Source of the DNA: an uncultured Acidobacteriota bacterium
Lineage (GTDB): Bacteria > Acidobacteriota > Blastocatellia > RBC074
Direction: 5' to 3'
Assembly: GCA_963796275.1 (NCBI GenBank)
Contig: CAWCKY010000007.1
Location: forward strand, 768,001 to 832,000
Length of the DNA stretch: 64,000 bases
Below are positions 52,460 to 64,000 of the stretch, piece by piece (within the stretch, counting starts at the first letter, position 1; the number at the start of each line of letters is the position of its first letter). The notes under the pieces are model-generated. The model was not told where the DNA came from. It made no database searches and worked only from the letters and a program-made list of their open reading frames with translations. The translations under genes were made by a program, and so were the position numbers.

Positions 52460-54002
52460 TTGTCTAAGTCTTTTGAGACCGTCATCATTCTCGATTTTGG
52501 ATCCCAGTACACACAACTCATCGCCCGGCGCATCCGGGAACTGGGAGTCTATTGCGAAATTCATCCATTTGATACGCCGATAACACTCATACGTCGACAG
52601 AACCCCATGGGGGTAATTCTATCCGGCGGTCCCAGCTCGATTTATGAGGAGGGGGCTCCTCATTGCGATCCGGGGATTTTAGACCTCGGAAAACCGATCC
52701 TGGGTGTTTGTTATGGGCTCCAGCATCTTAGCTATTTCCTGGGTGGAAAAGTCGAGCCGTCGTCGCGACGAGAATACGGCGCAGCTACGGTCAGATTGAC
52801 GTCCGGGAGTTTGCTGCTGTCGGGATTACCCGATGAGTTTCCCGTCTGGATGAGCCACGGAGATCACGTCACCGTGGCCCCCCCGGGCTTTCGAGTTATC
52901 GCCGAGACCGAGAATGCCCTTGGCGCTATAGAAAATGTCGAGCGGCGTCTCTACGGTTTACAATTCCACCCCGAAGTTGCCCATACACCTGACGGCAAAA
53001 ATATCCTCAACAATTTCGTTCGTCGAATCTGTGGATGTTCCGGTGACTGGTCCGCCTCAACCTTCATCGATGCGGCAGTAGATAAGTATCTCAGAACAGA
53101 TAGGCGATGGAAAAGCGGTCTGCGGCCTCTCGGGGGGTGTCGATTCAGCGGTAGCCGCCGCCCTCGTCGCCCGGGCGATAGGAGACAGGTTGACCTGCCT
53201 CTTCGTCGACAATGGTCTTTTACGTAAGAATGAATTCGCGAAGGTGTTGGAGTCTTTCGACGATTACGGAAGTTTGAATGTCAAAGGGGTGGCAGCGGGA
53301 GAGCGGTTTCTGACGGCGTTGATTGGAGAAGCGGATCCCGAACGCAAGCGAAAGATCATTGGTCGCGAGTTTATTGAAGTTTTTCAGGATGAAGCCGCTA
53401 AACTTGGGAGAATCGATTTCCTTGTGCAAGGGACGCTTTATCCTGATGTGATCGAGTCGCAGTCGGTGAAGGGGCCATCGGCAGTGATCAAGTCTCATCA
53501 TAATGTGGGCGGCCTCCCCGAAAAAATGCATCTGCGCCTGGTCGAGCCGCTCCGCGAACTGTTTAAAGATGAGGTGCGCAATGTAGGTCGAGAATTGGGG
53601 CTCACTACAACGCTGATCGACCGGCAACCTTTCCCCGGTCCCGGACTGGCAGTGAGAATTCTCGGCCCCGTGGATGAAGCCAAAATCTATTTGCTCCAAG
53701 AGTCCGATAATATCGTGGAAGAAGAGATTACCCGGGCGGGGCTCTATCATAAGTTGTGGCAATCGTTTGCCGTACTCCTTCCCATCCATACGGTCGGGGT
53801 AATGGGAGATCAGAGGACGTATGAGCAGGTGATCGCGATCAGAGCCGTCGAAAGCCTCGATGGAATGACTGCTAACTTCGCGAGGCTGCCCTACGATGTC
53901 CTTGAGAAAATCAGTAGCCGAATCGTAAGCGAAGTTAAAGGTATTAACCGAGTAGTCTACGATATCAGTTCCAAACCTCCCAGCACAATCGAGTGGGAGT
54001 AG
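52460..54002 (+). CDS. guaA: GMP synthase (glutamine-hydrolysing), +1 frameshift near 53084-53087
   Basis: LDFGSQY, GVCYG, QFHPEV in one frame; [32 protein letters not shown] in the next; RBS GAGGAG before TTG 52460. Confidence 0.95.
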
Positions 54003-54163
54003 TCGCAGTGAATTGCTGGAGGAACCCTTCCAGATTAAACGCTTAAATACTATGATTTAAGATAAATGCAGCGGATCGGGAATAGATTAAGCGTTAGGTT
54101 TAAGCTTGCGGCAACCAGGCAAGCACTTGTATTAAATGTCTGCTTATATGTGTCTACTTGCTT

Positions 54164-57670
<3,507 letters not shown>

Positions 57671-57704
57671 TCTGTTCGATTAATTAGATAAAGTGAGAAT
57701 ATTT

Positions 57705-58526
57705 ATGAACGTTATTAACAAGGATAATCGCCCGTCCGAACCGATGGAACGGGTCTTGCTCGCTCGGAACGATCAACGCCCGTACTCATTGGATATTATC
57801 CAGCGGATATTTACCGATTTCGAGGAGCTTCATGGAGACCGCAGCTTCCGTGATGATCCCGCCATCGTGGGTGGATTCGCCCGGTTCAACGGACGGCCGG
57901 TCGCCATCGTCGCTCATCAGAAGGGAAGGGATGTTGTCGAAAGACAGAAACGAAGCTTCGGAATGCCGAAACCCGATGGCTACCGGAAAGCCCTGCGCAT
58001 CATGAAACTGGCCGAAAAATTCAATCGGCCCATATTCACTTTGATCGATACGCCCGGCGCCTATCCGGGTATAGATGCTGAAGAACGCGGTCAGGCGGAA
58101 GCCATAGCGGTCAACCTGCGCGAGATGGCTCGTCTCAAGGTTCCGATCGTGGTGACCATTACGGGCGAGGGTGGATCCGGGGGGGCGCTGGCGATTGGCA
58201 TCGGCGATGTCATTAATATTCTGGAGAACGGTGTCTATTCGGTCATCTCCCCCGAAGGGTGCGCGGCGATCTTATGGAAGGATGCCGGGATGGCGCCGCA
58301 GGCCGCCATCAGCTTGAAGCTGACGGCGGAAGATCTCATCAATCTCAAGGTGGTCGATCGCATAGTTCCCGAACCCGAAGGCGGGGCACATAAAAATTGG
58401 GATGAGGCATCTCGATTGTTGGCGGAAGCGCTAAAACTCTCTCTGAATGAGGTTGAGTCTTTGAATGTCGAGGAGTTGATTCGTCGCAGATTCAATAAAT
58501 TCAGGGTTATCGGTATGATGGTATGA
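57705..58526 (+). CDS. accA: Acetyl-CoA carboxylase carboxyltransferase alpha
   Basis: ELHGDR, GYRKALR, IDTPGAYPG, GEGGSGGALA, SVISPEGCA; follows dnaE. Confidence 0.97.
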   Translation: MNVINKDNRPSEPMERVLLARNDQRPYSLDIIQRIFTDFEELHGDRSFRDDPAIVGGFARFNGRPVAIVAHQKGRDVVERQKRSFGMPKPDGYRKALRIMKLAEKFNRPIFTLIDTPGAYPGIDAEERGQAEAIAVNLREMARLKVPIVVTITGEGGSGGALAIGIGDVINILENGVYSVISPEGCAAILWKDAGMAPQAAISLKLTAEDLINLKVVDRIVPEPEGGAHKNWDEASRLLAEALKLSLNEVESLNVEELIRRRFNKFRVIGMMV

Positions 58527-58576
58527 CGATGTGGCGGGTATTGTCGGCGCGCCGACAATACCCGCGTTCGCTGACA

Positions 58577-59005
58577 TTAAAATGGTATTTCATCGTCCTG
58601 GCGGCCGCCAGGGTTCATATCGATGTCGTTTGGTCCCGGCGGCGGGAGCGGTTGAGAGCCCTGGGGCCCATCCGTTCGCGAGCCGAGAAACTGGATATCG
58701 GTTGCTGTGACCTCGAGCGTCTGGCGACGGGTGCCGTCCCGATCCGTATATTCTTCCTGTCTCAGCCTCCCCTCGACATAGACCTGTTTGCCTTTCGTGA
58801 GATACTGATTGGCGACCTCGGCCTGTCGTCCCCAAGCCGCTATCCGGAACCAGGTCGTCACATCTTGAGCCTCACCGGCGCGATCTTTGCGTTTCTCGGT
58901 CGTCGCAACCGTGAAGTTGCAGACCGCTGTGCCTTGAGGGGTGTACCTGATTTCGGGATCCCTCCCCAGATAACCCACTATCACTATTTTATTGAAGGAT
59001 GCCAT
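58577..59005 (-). CDS. ssb: Single-stranded DNA-binding protein
   Basis: NK.VIVG.LG.DPE, YL.KG.QVYVEGRL, C-terminal DDEIPF. Confidence 0.98.
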   Translation of the reverse strand: MASFNKIVIVGYLGRDPEIRYTPQGTAVCNFTVATTEKRKDRAGEAQDVTTWFRIAAWGRQAEVANQYLTKGKQVYVEGRLRQEEYTDRDGTRRQTLEVTATDIQFLGSRTDGPQGSQPLPPPGPNDIDMNPGGRQDDEIPF

Positions 59006-59030
59006 TAGTAATTCTCCTTTTTTGGTATTG

Positions 59031-59909
59031 CTACATGGGGCGTTTCTTGCTTTGGGGTGGCACCGTTGATGAAGTTGTTGATGAGTATTCTTCCCCCAGC
59101 CTGCTCAGTTCATTCTTGGCCAGAGTCGATTCGGGAGATGCGGGGAACTGGCTTATCACTGATTTCAGCACGCTCACGCCATCGTTTCGCCGCTCGAGGT
59201 GCAGTAATGTGATCCCCTTTTTCAGCAGCGCCTGTGTATATTTGTCTCCCTTTTGATATTCGGATAGAATGCGCTCGTATTCTTTGAGCGCTTCGTTATA
59301 CCTGGCCAATGAGGAGAGGCTTTCTGCCATATAAAATATCGCATCATCGCTCTCTTCGCTCTGACTCTGGGTATTTAGATATGCTCTGAAGTTGTTTATA
59401 GCAGATTCATGCTCGCCCTTATTGAATTGACTATATGCAATGAAGTAGAGGTCGTCAGGGTTGTTCTGTGGTATTGCGGCAGCGCTCTTTTCCTTCGTCT
59501 CCAATTTCTGCTCGAACCCCTGGATAGATTGCTTGAGATCGTTGATCTGCTGGTTGATGCTGGAAAAATTTTGACCCTGTTTGGTGAGTTGTTCGGAAAT
59601 CCTCTGAAGCTGGGCAGTCGCTCCCGCCAGATTGCTGGTGTTCGATGCTTGAACGAGCTTCAACGAATCTTCGATTGCGGATATGTCCCGTACGGAAGAA
59701 TCCGTGTTGTCCGATATTTTTTGCAGCGAGGCGGTGGATTGTCCCTGCCATTTGTCGAATGATTCCTGTAGATCGCGCATCTGGCGTTGGATGACTAAGA
59801 CCTCGCCTTGTAACTTGATGATCAACTCTTTCTCACCGCTGGCAGGTGAGGTTGCACCGATGATCAAAAATAGGGTTGCTGCAAGGAGTAACGGTTTGTA
59901 TTGTTGCAT
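59031..59909 (-). CDS. Second CpoB/YbgF-like coiled-coil + TPR exported protein
   Basis: Signal peptide, LQGEV..IQRQMRDLQESFD coiled coil, C-terminal TPRs. Confidence 0.8.
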   Translation of the reverse strand: MQQYKPLLLAATLFLIIGATSPASGEKELIIKLQGEVLVIQRQMRDLQESFDKWQGQSTASLQKISDNTDSSVRDISAIEDSLKLVQASNTSNLAGATAQLQRISEQLTKQGQNFSSINQQINDLKQSIQGFEQKLETKEKSAAAIPQNNPDDLYFIAYSQFNKGEHESAINNFRAYLNTQSQSEESDDAIFYMAESLSSLARYNEALKEYERILSEYQKGDKYTQALLKKGITLLHLERRNDGVSVLKSVISQFPASPESTLAKNELSRLGEEYSSTTSSTVPPQSKKRPM

Positions 59910-60031
59910 AAGAATGTCCCCCTCTTGTGTTTGCCATGTTGATAGTTACCTTAATCAACAATGCTGAAGTATAAGCCCAGGAGGTTGTTACGTAAATGAT
60001 TTTCTGCTAGAGACCGAACCAAGCCGGATAA

Positions 60032-60055
60032 TATAATGCGATACATTAAATGTAT
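60032..60055 (+). promoter_or_regulatory. Putative recN -10 box followed by a palindromic operator
   Basis: TATAAT at 60032-60037; ATACATT-A-AATGTAT perfect palindrome at 60041-60055. Confidence 0.45.
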
Positions 60056-60079
60056 TCCTTTATTTGTTGGAATTACCCT

Positions 60080-61789
60080 ATGCTGAGATTCCTGAACATA
60101 ACCAACCTGGCTGTTATAGATTCTCTACAAGTCGAGTTCAAGTCAGGGCTGAACGTATTGAGCGGGGAGACCGGATCGGGCAAGTCGATAATAATCGATG
60201 CCCTCGGGCTACTGCTCGGTGACCGCGCTTCGCCGGAGATGATCCGCACCGGCAGCGATCGCGCGCTGGTGGAGGGAATCTTCGGCGTCGATGGGAATAC
60301 TCCGCTCATCGATCTCCTCTCGGAATCGGGAATAGACGCGGAGCAAGGCGAGCTGATCATTCGCAGAGAATTGGGTGGTAGCAGGGGACGGATCTTCGTG
60401 AATAACTGTTTAGCCAATTCCAGTCTCCTCAAGACCCTGCACCCGCACTTGATCGATTTGCACGGGCAGGGTGATCAACAGAGCCTCCTCTCTCCCGACG
60501 CACATCTGAACCTCTTCGACGCTTATGCGAATTCGACTCAGACGCGTCAGCTGACCGCACAAACCTATGACGATACTTTAAAAGTACTAAAGGAACTCGA
60601 GGATGCGAGAAAGTCCGAGTCGGAGAGGTTGCGGACCCTCGATATGATCGATTTTCAGATAAACGAGATCGAGGGGGCGGGGTTGGCTCCCCGCGAAGAT
60701 AACGAGTTGGATAGCGAGCGGAAATTACTCGCAAATGCGGAGAAGCTTGCACTTCTGTGCTCCGAAGTATATCGGCTGATTTACGAAGACGAAGATTCCG
60801 TATTGACCCGATTGGGAACGTCTCAGCGCCGTCTGGGTGAATTAATAGACCTCGATACCCGCTTCGCCTTCCATCTCGAGCAACTGGTTTCTGCCAGGCA
60901 CGCGCTCGACGATACGGCTGCGTTCGTCAGAGATTATGCTGACGGGATACAAGCATCGCCGGAGCGGCTCAAATTCGTCGAAGACCGGCTCATCGAGTTA
61001 GATAGGTTGAAACGGAAATATGGCAAAAATATAGAAGAAGTCCTAGATACGAAAGATCAGCTGATCGACCGAAGGGAATCGCTGATGCGAAGCGAAGAGC
61101 ACGCGCAGAGACTTGAAAAATTGCTCGGGCAGTCCCTCGATCGGTATCAGCGAACCGCGGCGAGCTTGAGTGAGTTGAGGCGTTCTGCGACGCGCAATTT
61201 CGAGCTATCACTGAAGAGCGAGCTATCTGACGTCGCGCTCGAGACATCCCGTTTTTCGGTCAAATTCAGCGAGGTCGATAATCACCAGCTCGCGGAAAGA
61301 TTACAATCAATGGCGGGTCTCAGCGCTGGGCCGCTCAGGCGATCGGGAAGGGAACACGTGGAATTTTTCTTTTCTGCCAACCCGGGAGAGGATTTGCGTC
61401 CGATAAGCGCGGTTGCATCCGGCGGAGAATTATCCCGGTTGATGCTCGTGCTCAAAACGATTATCGCGCCGTCAAAATTTCCGCGGACACTGATCTTTGA
61501 TGAGATCGATGCGGGGATCGGCGGGAAGGTAGCGGATGCCGTGGGACAACGCTTGAAGCGTCTGGCCGAGACCAATCAGGTATTGTGTGTAACTCATCAA
61601 TCGCAGATCGCCCGCTATGCTGATGCCCATTTTCAGGTATCGAAGGAAGTGCTGGATGGCAGAACGATTACGAGAATCGTCGAATTGAATAAGGAAGGGC
61701 GAATAGAGGAACTCGCTCGCATGATCGGCGGAGCGGAGGTCACCCCGCTGGCAAGAAAGCATGCCAAGGAATTGCTGAGAACCGGCTGA
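60080..61789 (+). CDS. recN: DNA repair protein RecN
   Basis: GETGSGKS, DLHGQ, SGGELSR, FDEIDAGIGG, CVTHQ. Confidence 0.97.
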   Translation: MLRFLNITNLAVIDSLQVEFKSGLNVLSGETGSGKSIIIDALGLLLGDRASPEMIRTGSDRALVEGIFGVDGNTPLIDLLSESGIDAEQGELIIRRELGGSRGRIFVNNCLANSSLLKTLHPHLIDLHGQGDQQSLLSPDAHLNLFDAYANSTQTRQLTAQTYDDTLKVLKELEDARKSESERLRTLDMIDFQINEIEGAGLAPREDNELDSERKLLANAEKLALLCSEVYRLIYEDEDSVLTRLGTSQRRLGELIDLDTRFAFHLEQLVSARHALDDTAAFVRDYADGIQASPERLKFVEDRLIELDRLKRKYGKNIEEVLDTKDQLIDRRESLMRSEEHAQRLEKLLGQSLDRYQRTAASLSELRRSATRNFELSLKSELSDVALETSRFSVKFSEVDNHQLAERLQSMAGLSAGPLRRSGREHVEFFFSANPGEDLRPISAVASGGELSRLMLVLKTIIAPSKFPRTLIFDEIDAGIGGKVADAVGQRLKRLAETNQVLCVTHQSQIARYADAHFQVSKEVLDGRTITRIVELNKEGRIEELARMIGGAEVTPLARKHAKELLRTG

Positions 61790-61998
61790 TAGGGCTGATC
61801 TAAATGCAAAAATCTGAGCGGAATTTCGCCACAAAACCGCAACCGCACAAAAAATATATTTTTGAAAGAGGGTAGAAGATGTTTTGTTTTTCTTGGTTCT
61901 GGCACTGGTCGCGACTCTTCCAGCTTGAATTGCCCTCGTGCCCGGTTTAATTATCTTGTGGATGGACAACAGTTGGTATATAACGAGACTGATTTCAT

Positions 61999-63390
61999 AT
62001 GAAAAAGAAGTATTATCTCGAGACTTACGGGTGCCAGATGAATATGCACGATAGCGAGAAGGCATCTTTCGCCTTGTCGGGTGTGGATTATGTGTCTACT
62101 TCCGATCCTGTCGATGCAGACCTCATCCTCCTCAATACCTGTATGGTGCGAGAGAAGGCGGCGCGTAAAGTCTACGCCAGGGTGGGCGAGTTAAAGAATC
62201 AAATTCAACGCGCGCATAATTTAATTGATTCGAATAAGAAGAAGAGGCCCATATTCGGCGTGATGGGGTGTGTCGCGCAGGCGGAAGCGGACCGGTTGTT
62301 CGAGCATAGTCAGGATGTGCGGCTCGTCCTGGGCACTCAGGCGATATCGCGGCTTCCCAGGCTGATGGAGCAATTGGATCAGGGATTCCCGCGCGCTATC
62401 GATGTTCGTTTGACCAAGGACGCGGAGTTCTTCGAATTGCAGAGCGATGCGCGTCAGACGAAATATATCGCTTATATAACTATCACGGAAGGTTGCAATA
62501 AGTTCTGCTCTTTCTGCATTGTGCCGTTCACCCGTGGGCGGGAGCGCAGCCGGCCGGCAGATCGAATCATCGAAGAGGCCAGGAGTCTCGCTCAGCAAGG
62601 ATATAAGGAAGTCCAGTTACTCGGTCAAAATGTCAACAGCTATGGGTTGAGCGGACGGTATCATGGAAATAACATCGGAGGTGAGCAAGACACCGAGGAG
62701 ATAAGCTTCGCCAGACTGCTTGAGAAGATTGCATCTAAAAGCGGCCTCCCCCGCATCAAGTACACGACCTCGTATCCCAGAGATTTTGACGATGAGATCG
62801 TCAGGGTGATGGACGATTTTGATAACCTCTGTGAGTGGATACATCTGCCCGCGCAATCCGGCAGCGATAGAGTGCTGCGGGCGATGAGGCGCGGATATAC
62901 GCGGTTCGAATATCTGGATAAAATTGATGCGATCAAAAAAGCGAAAAAAGATATATCGATCACCGGTGATATGATAGTCGGGTTTCCCGGTGAGACCGAC
63001 GATGACTTCAATGACACTCTTAGTCTCGCGGCAGAAGTCGGATACGATGGTTTGTACATATTCAAATACTCTCCCAGGCCCAGGACGCCTGCTTCAACCT
63101 ATTCCGATTCAATTCCAGAAGAAGTCAAAACGGAGCGATTTTTAAAGCTCCAGGAGTTGCAGGATAGAATCCAAAAGGAACGTTATAAAAGATATTTAGG
63201 CAGGACTCTTGAGGTGCTGGTTGAGAATCAGAGCGCTCGCTCCGATTCCGATTATTCAGGACATACTCGTTGTCATAAGGTAGTAAATTTCCCAGCTAAT
63301 GAAGCGATGCTCGGCAGGCTGGTGGAAGTTAAGATCACTGAGGTGAAGCCGCATAGCCTTTACGGAAACATGGTTAAAGTAATACTTTAA
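61999..63390 (+). CDS. miaB: tRNA-2-methylthio-N6-dimethylallyladenosine synthase
   Basis: TYGCQMN, CxxxCxxC (CNKFCSFC), LLGQNVNSY, C-terminal TRAM domain. Confidence 0.97.
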   Translation: MKKKYYLETYGCQMNMHDSEKASFALSGVDYVSTSDPVDADLILLNTCMVREKAARKVYARVGELKNQIQRAHNLIDSNKKKRPIFGVMGCVAQAEADRLFEHSQDVRLVLGTQAISRLPRLMEQLDQGFPRAIDVRLTKDAEFFELQSDARQTKYIAYITITEGCNKFCSFCIVPFTRGRERSRPADRIIEEARSLAQQGYKEVQLLGQNVNSYGLSGRYHGNNIGGEQDTEEISFARLLEKIASKSGLPRIKYTTSYPRDFDDEIVRVMDDFDNLCEWIHLPAQSGSDRVLRAMRRGYTRFEYLDKIDAIKKAKKDISITGDMIVGFPGETDDDFNDTLSLAAEVGYDGLYIFKYSPRPRTPASTYSDSIPEEVKTERFLKLQELQDRIQKERYKRYLGRTLEVLVENQSARSDSDYSGHTRCHKVVNFPANEAMLGRLVEVKITEVKPHSLYGNMVKVIL

Positions 63391-63411
63391 AAGTTGAGTC
63401 ACAACAAAGCT

Positions 63412-63449
63412 GGGGGGGCAATGAGGCAAATGGGGCACATCAGGCAACG
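63412..63449. repeat. Degenerate 9-nt-period array
   Basis: ggggggcaa tgaggcaaa tggggcaca tcaggcaac. Confidence 0.5.
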
Positions 63450-63471
63450 CGATCGAAAAGGAGGTGAGTAA

Positions 63472-63951
63472 GTGATAGAAAAGGAAGTTAAAGTACGCGG
63501 TCTCATAATAGATCCCAATACGAACTCCCCCATAGTTCTCTTGAAAGATATCGGAAGCGAGGCGATGTTACCGATCTGGGTCGGGCCATACGAGGCGAAT
63601 TCAATTGCTATGGAGATAGAGAAGAATGCGCCTCAACGGCCGATGACGCATGACTTGTTGCGGAACGTGATCAATCAGATGGGTGGTGTCGTTCAGCGGG
63701 TGATAGTGACGGATTTACGTGATAACACATTTTATGCAGTCATTGAAATAATGGCTGCCGACCGCGTTGTCTTCATGGATTCTAGACCGAGCGATGCGAT
63801 AGCCCTGGCTCTACGCGTTGATTGTCCTATATTTATTCGCGAAGAGGTTCTCGAATCGCATCGGATCGATGAAACCGTGAAGGTTACCGATGATGAGGGA
63901 GATGAAGAGGTCGATTGGCCTGAGGAGATAGATAGCGATTATAAAATGTAG
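63472..63951 (+). CDS. Bifunctional nuclease family protein (DUF151)
   Basis: LPIWVG..EA..IA, RPMTHDL, DSRPSDAIALALR; RBS GGAGG. Confidence 0.92.
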   Translation: MIEKEVKVRGLIIDPNTNSPIVLLKDIGSEAMLPIWVGPYEANSIAMEIEKNAPQRPMTHDLLRNVINQMGGVVQRVIVTDLRDNTFYAVIEIMAADRVVFMDSRPSDAIALALRVDCPIFIREEVLESHRIDETVKVTDDEGDEEVDWPEEIDSDYKM

Positions 63952-64000
63952 GGTTCAGTTTCGTTCGAATCCTCAGCTTTTTTTACGCTCACATAAATTA

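Noticed and set aside
52460-54002. Archaeal-style split GMP synthase (guaAA + guaAB)
   Set aside because: The second ORF's first usable start (53190) lies downstream of the essential SGGVDS loop, so this is a frameshift rather than two genes.
57705-58526. AccA truncated at the N-terminus
   Set aside because: Short AccA forms lacking the N-terminal helical region are known in other bacteria, and all catalytic motifs are present.

Overview
A 64-kb bacterial chromosomal window made up mostly of housekeeping genes. Gene content and style suggest Acidobacteriota, probably Blastocatellia-like (inference). In order it contains: atpD-atpC; a complete tol-pal operon (tolQ-tolR-tolA-like-GNAT-tolB-pal-cpoB); a TPR / class II phosphodiesterase / FHA-GAF-adenylate cyclase operon; an M14 peptidase; a nucleoside uptake and salvage cluster (two ABC permeases, PNP, cdd, a signal-peptide-bearing MtaD-like deaminase, hpt) next to a three-gene bacterial microcompartment (BMC) module (rpiB, BMC-H, acylating aldehyde dehydrogenase); three Tat-exported sugar enzymes; an RsbV/RsbW/two-SpoIIE partner-switch cluster; natAB; mutS; tsaB-rimI; psd-pssA; guaA; dnaE-accA; ssb; recN; miaB. 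I recognised no rRNA, tRNA, CRISPR array, transposase, integrase or defence gene. Four observations stand out. (1) The same ~35-aa module is fused to the N-terminus of RpiB and the C-terminus of the BMC aldehyde dehydrogenase, beside nucleoside catabolism genes. (2) The adenylate cyclase, co-transcribed with a phosphodiesterase, contains six 11-aa Ser/Thr-Pro-rich repeats between its FHA and GAF domains. (3) Many intergenic spacers hold hairpins whose arms are 7-nt-period tandem repeats of several different sequence families. (4) Four genes carry single-base frameshifts (PNP, a TonB-domain gene, mtaD-like, guaA), most likely long-read indel errors. All calls rest on motif recognition only; no searches were run.
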